From: Anaeroplasma sp.
Lineage (GTDB): Bacteria; Bacillota_I; Bacilli_A; Acholeplasmatales; Anaeroplasmataceae
Assembly: GCA_045631605.1 (NCBI GenBank)
Contig: JAZQVB010000052.1
Span: 1 to 54,568, forward strand
Reading direction: 5' to 3'
DNA: 54,568 bases
The notes beneath the pieces were generated by a model, which saw only the letters and a list, made by a program, of their open reading frames with translations, searched no databases and was not told the origin of the DNA. Made by a program: the position numbers and the translations under genes. How positions within the stretch are numbered: the first letter of the stretch is position 1; each line of letters starts with the position of its first letter. Shown here piece after piece: positions 9,396 to 20,249 of the stretch.

Positions 9396-10240
9396 GAAAC
9401 ACATCATTTGTTAATAAAACATTAAATGATAATAATCTTAGCGCAAAAAAGAAGTTTGGACAAAACTTCCTAACAGATCAAAACATATTATCCTCAATTG
9501 TTAATTCTGCAGAAATTGATTCAGAAACCCTAGTTATAGAAATTGGTCCAGGATTAGGAAGCCTAACAGAAAGATTATGTCAGCTTGCAGGACACGTTCT
9601 TTGTTATGAAATAGATGGAGATTTAATCCCTATTTTAAAAGACAATTTAAAGGAACATAAGAACTTTACTGTTATACATAACGATATATTAGAGGTTGAT
9701 ATTAATAAGGATATTAGTGAATATGAGGATAAATATAAGAAAATATATTTAGTTGCAAACCTACCATATTACATTACAACTCCAATAATTTTAGGATTAT
9801 TAACAGCTACTACAAAAATAACAAGATACGTTATGATGATGCAGTTAGAGGTTGCTGATAGAATTTGTGGAAAGCCTAAAACAAAGGATTATAACGCATT
9901 AAGCATAGCTATAAAATATAGAGCTAACGCTACAAAGGTTATAAAGGTGCCAAGAACAGTATTTATACCTGCCCCAAATGTAGATAGTGCGGTTGTTAAG
10001 CTAGATTTATATGAAAATAAGGTATATAACGCTCAAGACGAAAATCATTTCTTTGATTTTATAAGAGATTGCTTCAGTCAAAGAAGAAAGACATTAACAA
10101 ATAATTTATCTAATAAGTACAGCAAGGAGTTTATTTTAAAAATGCTAGAGGATAACGAAATTAAGCCAACAGCCCGCGCAGAGGAATTAGATATCTTAGA
10201 TTTTATAAAATTAAGTGACTATATTGTAAACAATAAGTAA
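9380..10240 (+). CDS. rsmA: 16S rRNA adenine dimethyltransferase
   Basis: KKFGQNFL, EIGPGLGSLT, VANLPYYITTP, F.PAPNVDSAV. Confidence 0.96.
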   Translation: MQGKIGNTSFVNKTLNDNNLSAKKKFGQNFLTDQNILSSIVNSAEIDSETLVIEIGPGLGSLTERLCQLAGHVLCYEIDGDLIPILKDNLKEHKNFTVIHNDILEVDINKDISEYEDKYKKIYLVANLPYYITTPIILGLLTATTKITRYVMMMQLEVADRICGKPKTKDYNALSIAIKYRANATKVIKVPRTVFIPAPNVDSAVVKLDLYENKVYNAQDENHFFDFIRDCFSQRRKTLTNNLSNKYSKEFILKMLEDNEIKPTARAEELDILDFIKLSDYIVNNK

Positions 10241-10258
10241 TAATTAACATATGTTTAT

Positions 10259-11038
10259 ATGGTGATTATATTGAATGTTGGAGATTTAGTAGGTAGAAAA
10301 TCATATAATTGTGATGTTATTTTTAAAATAACAAGGATAAATAATGATATTGCAGATTTGTCAGGAGTTTATGTTCGTTTATATGCTGATAGTGATATCA
10401 ACGATTTAATTCTAATTGATTCTAATGAATTAGAAAAAAGAAAAGAGGAATCATTAAGAAGCAAAAGAATAATCGTTGAGGAATATAAAGAAAAAATGAA
10501 TCATATAACGGGTAAAATACTACATTTAGATAGTGATATAGAATATTTAAATAAATGTATGGAGCTATATAAGGAGCTTAATATATATGCCAACGGCATA
10601 TTAATTGACGAAAGTGAAATAAATCAGAAGATAATAGAATTAATAAAAAAATATAGACCTAATATTGTAGTTATTACAGGTCACGATTCCTTTAATAAAA
10701 AGGATATAAAAGAATTAAAAAACTATAAAAACAGTATAAACTTTATGAAGGCTATTATTAAGGTAAGAGAATATTATTCTTTAGATGATATATGTATTTT
10801 TGCAGGAGCATGCGGTTCTAATTTTGAAGCGCTTATAGCCTCTGGAGCTAATTTTGCTTCATCAATTGATAGACAAAATATAGAGGCCTATGACCCTGCA
10901 ATAGTTGCGATATTATCAGCAATAACGCCATTTAATCAGGTAATTGATATAAAAAGCGTTAATGATTATTCTATATTAAAAAACAAATCCATAGGTGGAA
11001 TAGAAACCTATGGAAAAATGAGATTATTAATAAGATAG
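10259..11038 (+). CDS. yabG: YabG-family peptidase (U57)
   Basis: VGRKSYNCDVIF, RLYAD, VITGHD, IFAGAC, GANFASS, GGIETYGK; canonical position between rsmA and ispE. Start may be TTG at 10271. Confidence 0.88.
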   Translation: MVIILNVGDLVGRKSYNCDVIFKITRINNDIADLSGVYVRLYADSDINDLILIDSNELEKRKEESLRSKRIIVEEYKEKMNHITGKILHLDSDIEYLNKCMELYKELNIYANGILIDESEINQKIIELIKKYRPNIVVITGHDSFNKKDIKELKNYKNSINFMKAIIKVREYYSLDDICIFAGACGSNFEALIASGANFASSIDRQNIEAYDPAIVAILSAITPFNQVIDIKSVNDYSILKNKSIGGIETYGKMRLLIR

Positions 11039-11054
11039 ATTGTGAGGTGAGTTT

Positions 11055-11873
11055 GTGGTAAAGGAAATTGCATACGCTAAAATAAATCTAGCATTAGAGG
11101 TTATGGAAAAGAAGGATGGCTATCATATGGTAAATAATATTATGATACCTATCGATTTATATGATGAGTTATATTTCGAGTATGATGATAATATTTATGT
11201 TGTTGATGATCAAATTGAAAACAACATATGTGTTAAGGCTGCAAAGCTAATATTAAATCATTTTAATATTAAATCAGGCGTAAAAATCACACTAAACAAA
11301 AGAATACCTATTGCCGCAGGATTAGCTGGTGGAAGCAGTGATGCTGCCGCAGTACTAAAAGGAGTAGACAAGCTATATAATCTAAACGCATCAATAGAGG
11401 TATTAAAGGATTTAGCTTCAACGCTTGGTAGCGACGTTCCGTTTTTTATTGAAACAAAATGTGCCTTATGTACAAATAGAGGAGAAATAATAAATAATGT
11501 TGAATGTAATCTATCCCCTATAAATTTATATTTAATAAAACCACACAAGGGCACATCAACAAAAGAGGTATATTCCTTATATAAATATGAAGGAATTAGT
11601 AAAAAAAATAATATAGATGAAATACTAAAATCATTAAAAAACAATGATAAAGAGATATTAATTAATAATATATTTAATGATTTAACTATTCCCGCAATAA
11701 AGGCTAATGAGGAATTAGAATCTATATATAATCTATTAATAAATAAGGGATTTAAGCCGTATATTAGCGGTAGTGGGCCTACAATATTTATAATAAATCC
11801 ATCAAATGAAGAAGAAAATTTATTAGACAATTTACAAATAGATACAATAAAAATTAAGACTAAAACGAAATAG
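11055..11873 (+). CDS. ispE: 4-diphosphocytidyl-2-C-methyl-D-erythritol kinase
   Basis: AKINLAL, IPIAAGLAGGSSDAA, GSDVPFF, SGSGPT. Confidence 0.95.
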   Translation: MVKEIAYAKINLALEVMEKKDGYHMVNNIMIPIDLYDELYFEYDDNIYVVDDQIENNICVKAAKLILNHFNIKSGVKITLNKRIPIAAGLAGGSSDAAAVLKGVDKLYNLNASIEVLKDLASTLGSDVPFFIETKCALCTNRGEIINNVECNLSPINLYLIKPHKGTSTKEVYSLYKYEGISKKNNIDEILKSLKNNDKEILINNIFNDLTIPAIKANEELESIYNLLINKGFKPYISGSGPTIFIINPSNEEENLLDNLQIDTIKIKTKTK

Positions 11874-11896
11874 GAGGGTTCAGTGAACTCTCCTAA
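11872..11896. terminator. Bidirectional terminator between convergent genes
   Basis: aggagggttc-agt-gaactctcct hairpin between ispE and the U32 gene stops. Confidence 0.65.
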
Positions 11897-11899
11897 TTT

Positions 11900-14143
11900 T
11901 TATAATATTTCCTTATTGAAATGTGCTCTTGTATCAGTATCCTTATTGAATAAAGATGTTTTATTTTTATTTTTTAATTTATCCTTAAACATATTTATAA
12001 CTCTAATAACCTCATCTTTAGATTCAATTGTAAATTGTAATCTAAATGTACTAATACCCTCAATAGTTTCTAAATCATCAATTAAATTTAAAATTTTACC
12101 ATTGATAATTGTAGTTGTACAATCCGGATGAGAAATGATAGGGAATTCTCCATATTCCTCTTTAATTGTATATTGATGCTTCTTGCATTCCCCACAAAGA
12201 TTATTAGCCTTAAGCGGACAATATTTAGTAAACATTAAATCAGCACGTCCATATACAATCATTTCTAGATTAGGATAATAACCAACCTTAGCTTTATATT
12301 CATTAACTAAATCATTAATTTGGTTTGAATTCATTTCATAAGATAAGCATACCTTTTTAACGCCTTGCTTATGTAATAAGTAAACAGATTTATAATTTAC
12401 AACATTAAATGAAAAATCCGTAGATAGCTCATTTGTTTTTCTATATTTATATAATCCGCCATAGCCACCAACTAAAAGAGGACCGGTCTTTTTAGAATAA
12501 TTATTTTCGTTTCTTCTTACAACATTATCCTTGTAATAAATAGTAGTAATTCCTAGCTCCTTTGCGGCTAAATATTGCTCCTCTGTATTACAATAAACTG
12601 AGATATCAGGATCACTTAATTCATAAGGAATTGCTTTAAATTCTTCAGGATTTAACACAATTTCCTCACGCGGAAGAAGTCTATTTTCGTTGATATAATT
12701 AATGATTTTTCTTCTTAAATCATTAATTTTTCCTGCAGGAATAAAGACATCATTTAAATAATATTCAACCTCCTCAAGCATATAAGGAGTATCATTTAAT
12801 CTATTAAATTGCTTGAAGAAGCCTTCCTCTGTTGTAGGACTATTAATAGCCTTATCAAGTGTAAAATCAGATTCGATATAATATTCATTTCCGTCACAAT
12901 CTATAGTGATAGACACAGGATAGCCAGGATCACCATATAATGATAATCTAATAGGAATTCTTTCAAATTCCTTAGGATAAGATTTCAAAAGCTCATCAGT
13001 ATAATTAATATCCTTTGTTTTATAAACAATAGAACCAATCTTAACAGATTCCTTAATTTTTATATAACAAACACCTTTTGAAGAAGAAATTAAATTATCC
13101 TTTTTATCATAAAGCTTAGATACAGATAAGTTAATATCAAATCCATCATTGTCTATTCTAATTAAATCGTTTTGATTTAAAGAATCATTTAATGTAATTT
13201 CGTATCCCAGCTTATTTTTAGCTGTAATAACACCAATTTTGTAACCAAAATTATTTGGTCTGGAAACATTTGTGATATTTTTCTTATCCTCTCCAAAAAT
13301 ATAGCCCTTTGTATATGTTCTATTAAATGTTTTCTTAAGATTATATTGTAATGAAGGAGTATAGCCATTATCTAGTGCGTCTCTATATTGCTTAATAACA
13401 TTTGCAACATATACAGGCTCCTTCATACGTCCTTCAATTTTTAAAGAGTCAGCAACCTTTAATTTTTCGATATTTTCAATCGTATTTAAATCCTTCATTG
13501 ATAAAATATAGGTGTTAGAAATAACCTTACCTGTTTCATCAATAAGCTCATATTTTTTACGACAAGAGCCTACGCATCTACCTCTATTTCCGCTTCTATA
13601 TCCAATAAGACCAGACATTAAGCAGTTTCCAGAATAAGAAACACATAGTGCACCATGAACAAATATTTCTAAAGGTATTTTAGCCTTTTCTTTAATTTCT
13701 TTAATTTTATCAATAGGAACCTCTCTAGATAAAACTACTCTTTTAGCACCTAATTCCTTAAAAAGAAGCGTACCCTCTAGATCATCTACACCCATTTGTG
13801 TTGAAATGTGTGCCTCTAATAAAGGATAGTTGTCAACTATGTATGATAATAAGGCTAAATCCTGAACAATAATTCCATCTACACCGATTAAATAAAGCTT
13901 ATCAATTTGTTCATAAGCATCCTTAAGCTCGTCAGTGAAAACAATAGTATTCATTGTAACATATATCTTAACATTTCTTAAGTGAGCATATTCAATCGCA
14001 AGCTTTAAATCTTCAAAATCAAAATTATTTGCATATGCACGAGCACCAAACTTGTTCATACCTAAATATACTGCGTTTGCGCCATTAGATATAGCGGCCT
14101 TAAGTGCCTCCATATTTCCAGCAGGAGCTAGTAATTCTGTCAT
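11900..14143 (-). CDS. U32 family protein with DUF3656-like region (RlhA-type RNA hydroxylation protein)
   Basis: ELLAPAG, GANAVYLG, HGALCVSYSGNC, NRGRCVGSCR, LKIEGRMK; the long form is typical of the RlhA subgroup. Confidence 0.85.
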   Translation of the reverse strand: MTELLAPAGNMEALKAAISNGANAVYLGMNKFGARAYANNFDFEDLKLAIEYAHLRNVKIYVTMNTIVFTDELKDAYEQIDKLYLIGVDGIIVQDLALLSYIVDNYPLLEAHISTQMGVDDLEGTLLFKELGAKRVVLSREVPIDKIKEIKEKAKIPLEIFVHGALCVSYSGNCLMSGLIGYRSGNRGRCVGSCRKKYELIDETGKVISNTYILSMKDLNTIENIEKLKVADSLKIEGRMKEPVYVANVIKQYRDALDNGYTPSLQYNLKKTFNRTYTKGYIFGEDKKNITNVSRPNNFGYKIGVITAKNKLGYEITLNDSLNQNDLIRIDNDGFDINLSVSKLYDKKDNLISSSKGVCYIKIKESVKIGSIVYKTKDINYTDELLKSYPKEFERIPIRLSLYGDPGYPVSITIDCDGNEYYIESDFTLDKAINSPTTEEGFFKQFNRLNDTPYMLEEVEYYLNDVFIPAGKINDLRRKIINYINENRLLPREEIVLNPEEFKAIPYELSDPDISVYCNTEEQYLAAKELGITTIYYKDNVVRRNENNYSKKTGPLLVGGYGGLYKYRKTNELSTDFSFNVVNYKSVYLLHKQGVKKVCLSYEMNSNQINDLVNEYKAKVGYYPNLEMIVYGRADLMFTKYCPLKANNLCGECKKHQYTIKEEYGEFPIISHPDCTTTIINGKILNLIDDLETIEGISTFRLQFTIESKDEVIRVINMFKDKLKNKNKTSLFNKDTDTRAHFNKEIL

Positions 14144-14309
14144 AATATCACATCCCACCACATTATACATTAATATTAGGTTTTTTTGAAGAATAAAAGT
14201 AAGATTATATTAATAAATTAATATATAATTTACATTATTTCACATTATTTGCTTATTGAATATTCAATATAAAATAATGTATAATATGAAAATGTTAGGA
14301 TGTGAGACT

Positions 14310-15605
14310 GTGGAACAGCTAGTAAAAAGATTTATAAAAGAAAACTTAATAGCTATTGATAAGCCAATAGTATGTGCTGTTTCAGGCGGTGCTGATTCTG
14401 TTGCCTTATTAAATATTTTACATAATTTAGGCTATAAAATAGTGTTAGCTCATGTTAATCATCATAAAAGAATAGAGTCTAAGCTAGAACAAAGAGCTAT
14501 GGAGGACGCTACTAAGAAGCTAGAAATTCCTTTTGAGCTTCTAGAATATTATCATGATGGCAACGATAATTTTCATAATGATTCTCATCACGCAAGATAT
14601 AGCTTCTTTAAAGAGGTATGTAAAAAATATAACACAAATATAATTGCGACAGCTCATCATTTAGATGACCAATTAGAAACAATTTTAATGAAGCTTCTTG
14701 AAGGATCGAATCTTTATGGCTATGGCGGAATTTCAGTATGCAATGATGATGGAAGCTATAAGATTATTAGACCGCTTCTTTGTGTATCTAAAGCACAAAT
14801 CTATGAATATTTAAATAAAAATTCAATTGAATATTTTGAAGATTCATCTAATGAAGAGGATATTTATTTAAGAAATAGATTACGTCACAATGTTGTGCCC
14901 CTTTTAAAGCAGGAGTCAGAGGCAGTATATGAAAAGGTATTTGAATATTCTATTCAGCTTAAGGAAGCATTTAGCTATATTCGAAATCAAAGTATAGATT
15001 ACTTAAAGAAAACCAATAATATTATAGAGTTAAAAACATTTAATGGATTAGATATCGCATTAAAAAAGGATATTATTTCGTTATTATTTGAAAGAAATAA
15101 TGTCAACAAAAATTACGATATAATAAATAATGCTGTTGAATTTTTAAGTGATGAAAATGGCTCTAAATCAATTGACCTATCAGGGTGTAGATTGATTAAA
15201 AGCTATGATTTAGCGTATATTAAAACAGAGGTTAATCAAATTCCAGAGGAAGTTTGTGTAAATTTAGACAACGACGCAATATATAATGATAAATATCATA
15301 TATATTTTTCAAATTCTATACCGAAAAATAATGAAAAGTATATTAAGTTGTGTTATAATGATATTCGATTTCCGCTTATTGTCAGGGCAGTAAGGGAAGG
15401 AGATTTTATCGAAACACTAGTAGGTAGAAAAAAGATTAATAGAGTGTTTATTGATAAAAAGGTACCTAAGGAGGACAGAGTAAATGTCCCAATTATTACA
15501 GATAATGATAATAATATTTTATGGGTATTTGATTATATAAAATCTAAAAACGTATATGAACAAAAGGAAAATGGAAAAATTTATTTAGTTTGTAAGGAGA
15601 GATAG
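14310..15605 (+). CDS. tilS: tRNA(Ile)-lysidine synthetase
   Basis: AVSGGADSVALL, ATAHHLDDQLET, IRPLL, EDSSN, RNRLRH. Start uncertain (14256-14310). Confidence 0.93.
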   Translation: MEQLVKRFIKENLIAIDKPIVCAVSGGADSVALLNILHNLGYKIVLAHVNHHKRIESKLEQRAMEDATKKLEIPFELLEYYHDGNDNFHNDSHHARYSFFKEVCKKYNTNIIATAHHLDDQLETILMKLLEGSNLYGYGGISVCNDDGSYKIIRPLLCVSKAQIYEYLNKNSIEYFEDSSNEEDIYLRNRLRHNVVPLLKQESEAVYEKVFEYSIQLKEAFSYIRNQSIDYLKKTNNIIELKTFNGLDIALKKDIISLLFERNNVNKNYDIINNAVEFLSDENGSKSIDLSGCRLIKSYDLAYIKTEVNQIPEEVCVNLDNDAIYNDKYHIYFSNSIPKNNEKYIKLCYNDIRFPLIVRAVREGDFIETLVGRKKINRVFIDKKVPKEDRVNVPIITDNDNNILWVFDYIKSKNVYEQKENGKIYLVCKER

Positions 15606-15606
15606 T

Positions 15607-16140
15607 ATGTTTAATGATATTGAAAAGGTTGTTTTTAGCGAAGAAGACATTAAAGAAATTAATGCAAGATTAGGTAAGCAAATTAGCGAAGATTACAAAG
15701 GAAAGAATCCTATGCTTATTGGCTTATTAAAGGGATCAATTCCATTTATGGCGGATTTATCTAGACAAATTACAATCCCAATGACTCAAGAGTTCTTAAA
15801 GGTAAGCTCTTATCATGGTGTTGAATCTACAGGAATTGTTAACATTAGAGGTGACATTCCAAAGGTTATGGGTAGAGATGTAATTTTAGTTGAGGATATC
15901 CTAGATTCAGGTAGAACATTAAAGTCTGTTATTAAATTATTCTTAGAGCATGGAGCAAATTCTATTAAAATTTGTGTATTCTTAGATAAGCCAGAGGGCA
16001 GAGTTAATGAAATTAATGCTGATTATATTGGAGGTATCGTTCCAAACGAATTCGTTGTAGGATACGGATTAGATTATAATGAGCAATATAGAAATCTACC
16101 ATATGTTGGAGTATTAAAAGAAGAAATTTATAAAAGCTAA
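15607..16140 (+). CDS. hpt: Hypoxanthine phosphoribosyltransferase
   Basis: [28 protein letters not shown]. Confidence 0.96.
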   Translation: MFNDIEKVVFSEEDIKEINARLGKQISEDYKGKNPMLIGLLKGSIPFMADLSRQITIPMTQEFLKVSSYHGVESTGIVNIRGDIPKVMGRDVILVEDILDSGRTLKSVIKLFLEHGANSIKICVFLDKPEGRVNEINADYIGGIVPNEFVVGYGLDYNEQYRNLPYVGVLKEEIYKS

Positions 16141-16151
16141 GGAGGGATTTT

Positions 16152-18110
16152 ATGCAAGAAAATAAAAATAAGAATCAAGCAAACCAACCCAAAAAGAGAT
16201 TTGATTTTATTTTTGTGTTAGTTGTTATTGTTGCAATTGCCGCTATTGGAATTCTTATTAATGGTCTTACAAAATCAGAGCCCGATAATATAACATATCA
16301 AGAATTCTCAGAAAGAATTGAGATGGGTTCTATAGCTGGTGAATTAGTTGCTTCACCTGTTGGTGGTGAAAATTATTTAATCTATAGAATTTCAGGTGAA
16401 TATATAGAAAATAGTAAGGAAGTAAGCTTCATTATGTATGTTTCTGATAGTCAGTTATCAAGCATTATGAATGGAACTACTGTAGAAGGAAGTAAGATTA
16501 CCTTATTAATTAGTCCAATTGAGGATAATATTTGGTTAAGCTTATTAATTTCTTTCTTACCATATCTTATTTTCTTTATTCCACTATTCTTTATTTTTAG
16601 AGGCTTAATGAAGGGTCAAGGTGGAGCTGGGGGTGCAATGGAATTTGCAAAATCAACAGCAAGGCTTTCTCGTGGTAAAACAGTAACATTCAAGGATGTT
16701 GCAGGATGCGATGAGGAAAAGGATGAATTAGTGGAAATTATCGATTTCCTAAAGAATCCTCGCAAATATAACGAAATTGGCGCAAGAGTACCTAAGGGCG
16801 TAATTTTATTTGGTCCTCCAGGTACAGGTAAAACATTACTTGCAAAGGCAGTAGCAGGTGAGGCTGGTGTACCATTCTTCTCTATTTCAGGTTCTGACTT
16901 CGTTGAAATGTTCGTAGGTGTTGGTGCATCTCGTGTTAGAGATATGTTTAAGACAGCTAAGGAAAATGCACCATGTATTATTTTTATTGATGAAATTGAT
17001 GCAGTAGGTCGTCAACGTGGAGCCGGTATGGGTGGTGGACATGATGAGCGTGAGCAAACACTTAACCAATTATTAGTTGAAATGGACGGATTTACTGGAA
17101 ATACAGGTATTATCATTATGGCTGCAACAAACAGACCAGATGTATTAGACCCTGCGTTATTACGTCCAGGAAGATTTGATAGACAAATTACAATCAGTAA
17201 TCCGGATGTAAGAGGAAGAGAAGCAATCTTAAATGTTCATGCTAGAAATAAGCATTTAGATCCAGAAGTAAAATTAGGCGAAATCGCTCAAAGAACACCA
17301 GGATTTAGTGGTGCAGATATTGAAAATCTATTAAATGAAGCAGCACTTTTAGCGGCTAGAGAAAATCGTAAGGTTATCAATACTCAGGATATTGATGAGG
17401 CAATTGATAGAGTTATGATGGGGCCTGCTAAGAAATCTAGAAAGTATACTGAAAAGGAAAGAAAGCTTGTTGCTATTCATGAATCAGGTCATGCCGTAAT
17501 CGGTTTAAGACTTGAAAACGCAAGTGTAGTTCAGAAAATAACAATTGTTCCTCGTGGTCAAGCAGGTGGATATAACCTAATGATGCCAAAGGAAGAAACA
17601 TATTATAATACAAAAACTGAGCTATTAGATACTATTGTAGGATTCCTAGGTGGTAGAGTTGCTGAGGATATTATATTTAATGAGGTAACAACGGGAGCTC
17701 ATAATGACTTCCAACAAGCAACTAGAATTGCTAGAAAGATGGTTACTGAATATGGTATGTCATCCTTAGGGCCTGTTCAATATGAACAACCACAAGGTAG
17801 TGTATTCTTAGGTAGAGATTATCTAAAGGAAAGAAATTTCTCTGACCAAGTAGCTCATGAAATCGATAAGGAAGTTCGTAAAATTATCGAAGAGTGCTAT
17901 GAAATAGCTAAGAAATGTATTACTGAAAATATGGAGCTATTAAACACTATCGCAGACTATCTTTTAAAGGTTGAAACTCTTAATAAATCAGACATTGAAG
18001 AAATTGAAAAAACAGGTAAGCTTTCTTGGTATGAAGAAAAAATTAATCCAACAGTAGCTGAAGAAACTACAGAAGCTTCAGAAAGCACTGACGAAACAAC
18101 AGTAAGTTAA
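16152..18110 (+). CDS. ftsH: ATP-dependent zinc metalloprotease FtsH
   Basis: Two TM segments, [23 protein letters not shown]. Confidence 0.98.
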   Translation: MQENKNKNQANQPKKRFDFIFVLVVIVAIAAIGILINGLTKSEPDNITYQEFSERIEMGSIAGELVASPVGGENYLIYRISGEYIENSKEVSFIMYVSDSQLSSIMNGTTVEGSKITLLISPIEDNIWLSLLISFLPYLIFFIPLFFIFRGLMKGQGGAGGAMEFAKSTARLSRGKTVTFKDVAGCDEEKDELVEIIDFLKNPRKYNEIGARVPKGVILFGPPGTGKTLLAKAVAGEAGVPFFSISGSDFVEMFVGVGASRVRDMFKTAKENAPCIIFIDEIDAVGRQRGAGMGGGHDEREQTLNQLLVEMDGFTGNTGIIIMAATNRPDVLDPALLRPGRFDRQITISNPDVRGREAILNVHARNKHLDPEVKLGEIAQRTPGFSGADIENLLNEAALLAARENRKVINTQDIDEAIDRVMMGPAKKSRKYTEKERKLVAIHESGHAVIGLRLENASVVQKITIVPRGQAGGYNLMMPKEETYYNTKTELLDTIVGFLGGRVAEDIIFNEVTTGAHNDFQQATRIARKMVTEYGMSSLGPVQYEQPQGSVFLGRDYLKERNFSDQVAHEIDKEVRKIIEECYEIAKKCITENMELLNTIADYLLKVETLNKSDIEEIEKTGKLSWYEEKINPTVAEETTEASESTDETTVS

Positions 18111-18112
18111 TT

Positions 18113-18373
18113 ATGAGATTAGATAAATATTTAAAGGTTTCAAGATTAATTAAGAGACGCACTCTTGCAAAAGAGGTTGCTGAGGCTGAAAGAATTTTAG
18201 TTAATGGAAATGTCGCAAAGCCATCTAAGGAATTAAAAATAGGCGATATTATTACTATTGAATTTGGTAATAAGATTGTTAATGTTAAAGTTTCTTCCTT
18301 AGAACAAAATGTAAAAAAGGCTGATGCTACATCATTATATGAATTCGTATCAGAAGAGAAAAAGAACATTTAA
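18113..18373 (+). CDS. yabO: S4-domain RNA-binding protein (YabO/RqcP/Hsp15-like)
   Basis: MRLDKYLKVSRLIKRRTLAKE. Confidence 0.9.
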   Translation: MRLDKYLKVSRLIKRRTLAKEVAEAERILVNGNVAKPSKELKIGDIITIEFGNKIVNVKVSSLEQNVKKADATSLYEFVSEEKKNI

Positions 18374-18378
18374 AGCAC

Positions 18379-18409
18379 AAAATGATTGTCAAAATGGCAA
18401 TCATTTTTT
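18379..18409 (+). terminator. Intrinsic terminator
   Basis: aaaatgattgtc/ggcaatcatttt followed by T-run. Confidence 0.7.
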
Positions 18410-18497
18410 ATTTTCTAAATAAAAATTAATATTTCTCAAAAAATTTTTTCTTTTTTTGTCTATTATTATATATGAAGGGAAAAAAGGAGGAAAAAAT

Positions 18498-20198
18498 ATG
18501 AAGAAAATAATTATAACCCTTAGCTTAATTTTATTAAGCTTTTTTGGCTTTGCTAAAATTTCTGCACAAATAATGCCAGATAATCCAAAGGACTATATTT
18601 CTGCAAGCCCAATTACTACAGGCGAATGCGGAAATGTAATTAGAGGACTTAATACAAAGGAGGATGTATTAAATTCAAAATTCTATAATAGTGCTATGTT
18701 AGCCTATAATTATGTTGATGAATTAGAGCTAGAAGCCAATATGCATATAGAAATGGAGGCATATTCTGGAGAACGCTATACTGGAGATCTCTATATATCG
18801 ATATATATGTCACATGATAAAAGCATATATTGTACAATATCATATTTCTTAGATACAATATATGAAATTTATATAAGACAGGATGATGTTGAATTCTATG
18901 AAAATATAACATTAAATTTAAATGATACAATATCAGCTGATATAAAAAGCTGTATATATGATGAACCAATAGTTAATATAATAAATATAGAATATCATGA
19001 GGAATGTACCGAAGACAACATTAAATTCTTATATCAGGATTTGTATTCATGCCTATATTCTATTATGTATAAAAGAAATGAATATTATAATGGAAAAATA
19101 GTTAATTTTATTGTTGAATATTCTAATCCTATACCATTTAATGACTTGCTAAGTACAATTAAAATAACTGACGAAACGGAAGGGACAATTTCGAATTATG
19201 AGGTTATATACAACGAATATGAGCCAGTAGATGGAAAAATAGATGTAGGTAGCTATAATTTCAGAGTTATAGCTAGCGATACTAGCGGTAACACAATTTA
19301 TCAAGATTGTTGTGTTTTAGTTGTGGATGCTAGCGCACCACAGATAGAGGCATCAGATATTACAGTAAGCTATACGAAAAAGCTAACAGAGGATGCAATA
19401 TATAATTATATTACTATTAATGATTCGCACACATATGAATTCTCTTTAATTTGTGAAGAGTATTTTGATAATTATAACGTTCCATGGCAATATGAATATA
19501 CAGTTATCGCAACAGACGAATACGATAATGAAGCTATTAAAACAGGTAAAATAAATGTTATTGATGATGTAGCGCCTATTGTTTGTAAGCAGGATATAAA
19601 AATTACGCATCCTTATAATAAAATAACAGATGAGGATATATTTAATGCTTTAACAATTAAAGATACCATAGATGGTATATTAGATATTAATTATTGTAAA
19701 TTCATAGATTTAGATAATTATAACGAAAATCATTCTACACTAGGAGAATATAAATATGAGGTAATTGTTAGCGATAAAACAGGAAATAGTACATCTGTTA
19801 TAGTTACAATATTTGTTGTTGATAATGATTATCCTGTAATATCATTTGATACATATACACTAATACTTGCATCAAATGAGAAATATACAAGAGAGGATAT
19901 TTTAAATATTTTAAAGCTTACAGGACAAATAGCCTCAACAGACAATATAGTATTAACATCATTATATTTTGAAGATTCTGATCCGGTTGGAGAATATGAG
20001 CTATTAATAAAGCTTCCAACAGGTGAGGAAATAAAAAATACAATATGTATTGCTGAGGACTCTAATATTAGCTATGATAAGCCAACAATTCCTAATAAGA
20101 ACATTAATTATTCCTTATATATAATAATAGGAATAACATTTACAATGATTTGTTGTATTTCTGTTTTAAGTATAGTTGCTTATAAGAAAAAGCATTAA
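18498..20198 (+). CDS. Secreted, C-terminally membrane-anchored protein with Ig-like repeats
   Basis: Signal peptide MKKIIITLSL...SA after AGGAGG; repeats of Y...V.A.D..GN....V.V.D..AP; C-terminal TM helix and AYKKKH tail. Confidence 0.7.
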   Translation: MKKIIITLSLILLSFFGFAKISAQIMPDNPKDYISASPITTGECGNVIRGLNTKEDVLNSKFYNSAMLAYNYVDELELEANMHIEMEAYSGERYTGDLYISIYMSHDKSIYCTISYFLDTIYEIYIRQDDVEFYENITLNLNDTISADIKSCIYDEPIVNIINIEYHEECTEDNIKFLYQDLYSCLYSIMYKRNEYYNGKIVNFIVEYSNPIPFNDLLSTIKITDETEGTISNYEVIYNEYEPVDGKIDVGSYNFRVIASDTSGNTIYQDCCVLVVDASAPQIEASDITVSYTKKLTEDAIYNYITINDSHTYEFSLICEEYFDNYNVPWQYEYTVIATDEYDNEAIKTGKINVIDDVAPIVCKQDIKITHPYNKITDEDIFNALTIKDTIDGILDINYCKFIDLDNYNENHSTLGEYKYEVIVSDKTGNSTSVIVTIFVVDNDYPVISFDTYTLILASNEKYTREDILNILKLTGQIASTDNIVLTSLYFEDSDPVGEYELLIKLPTGEEIKNTICIAEDSNISYDKPTIPNKNINYSLYIIIGITFTMICCISVLSIVAYKKKH

Positions 20199-20249
20199 TT
20201 GAAATTATCATAAATATTATGTATAATATCACCGAGGAGAAGTGGTATT

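Noticed and set aside
11258-11830. 190-aa antisense ORF and other short shadow ORFs in the track (e.g. 18067-18369, 28772-29119, 52881-53078)
   Set aside because: They are antisense or off-frame to well-supported genes and have no recognisable motifs.
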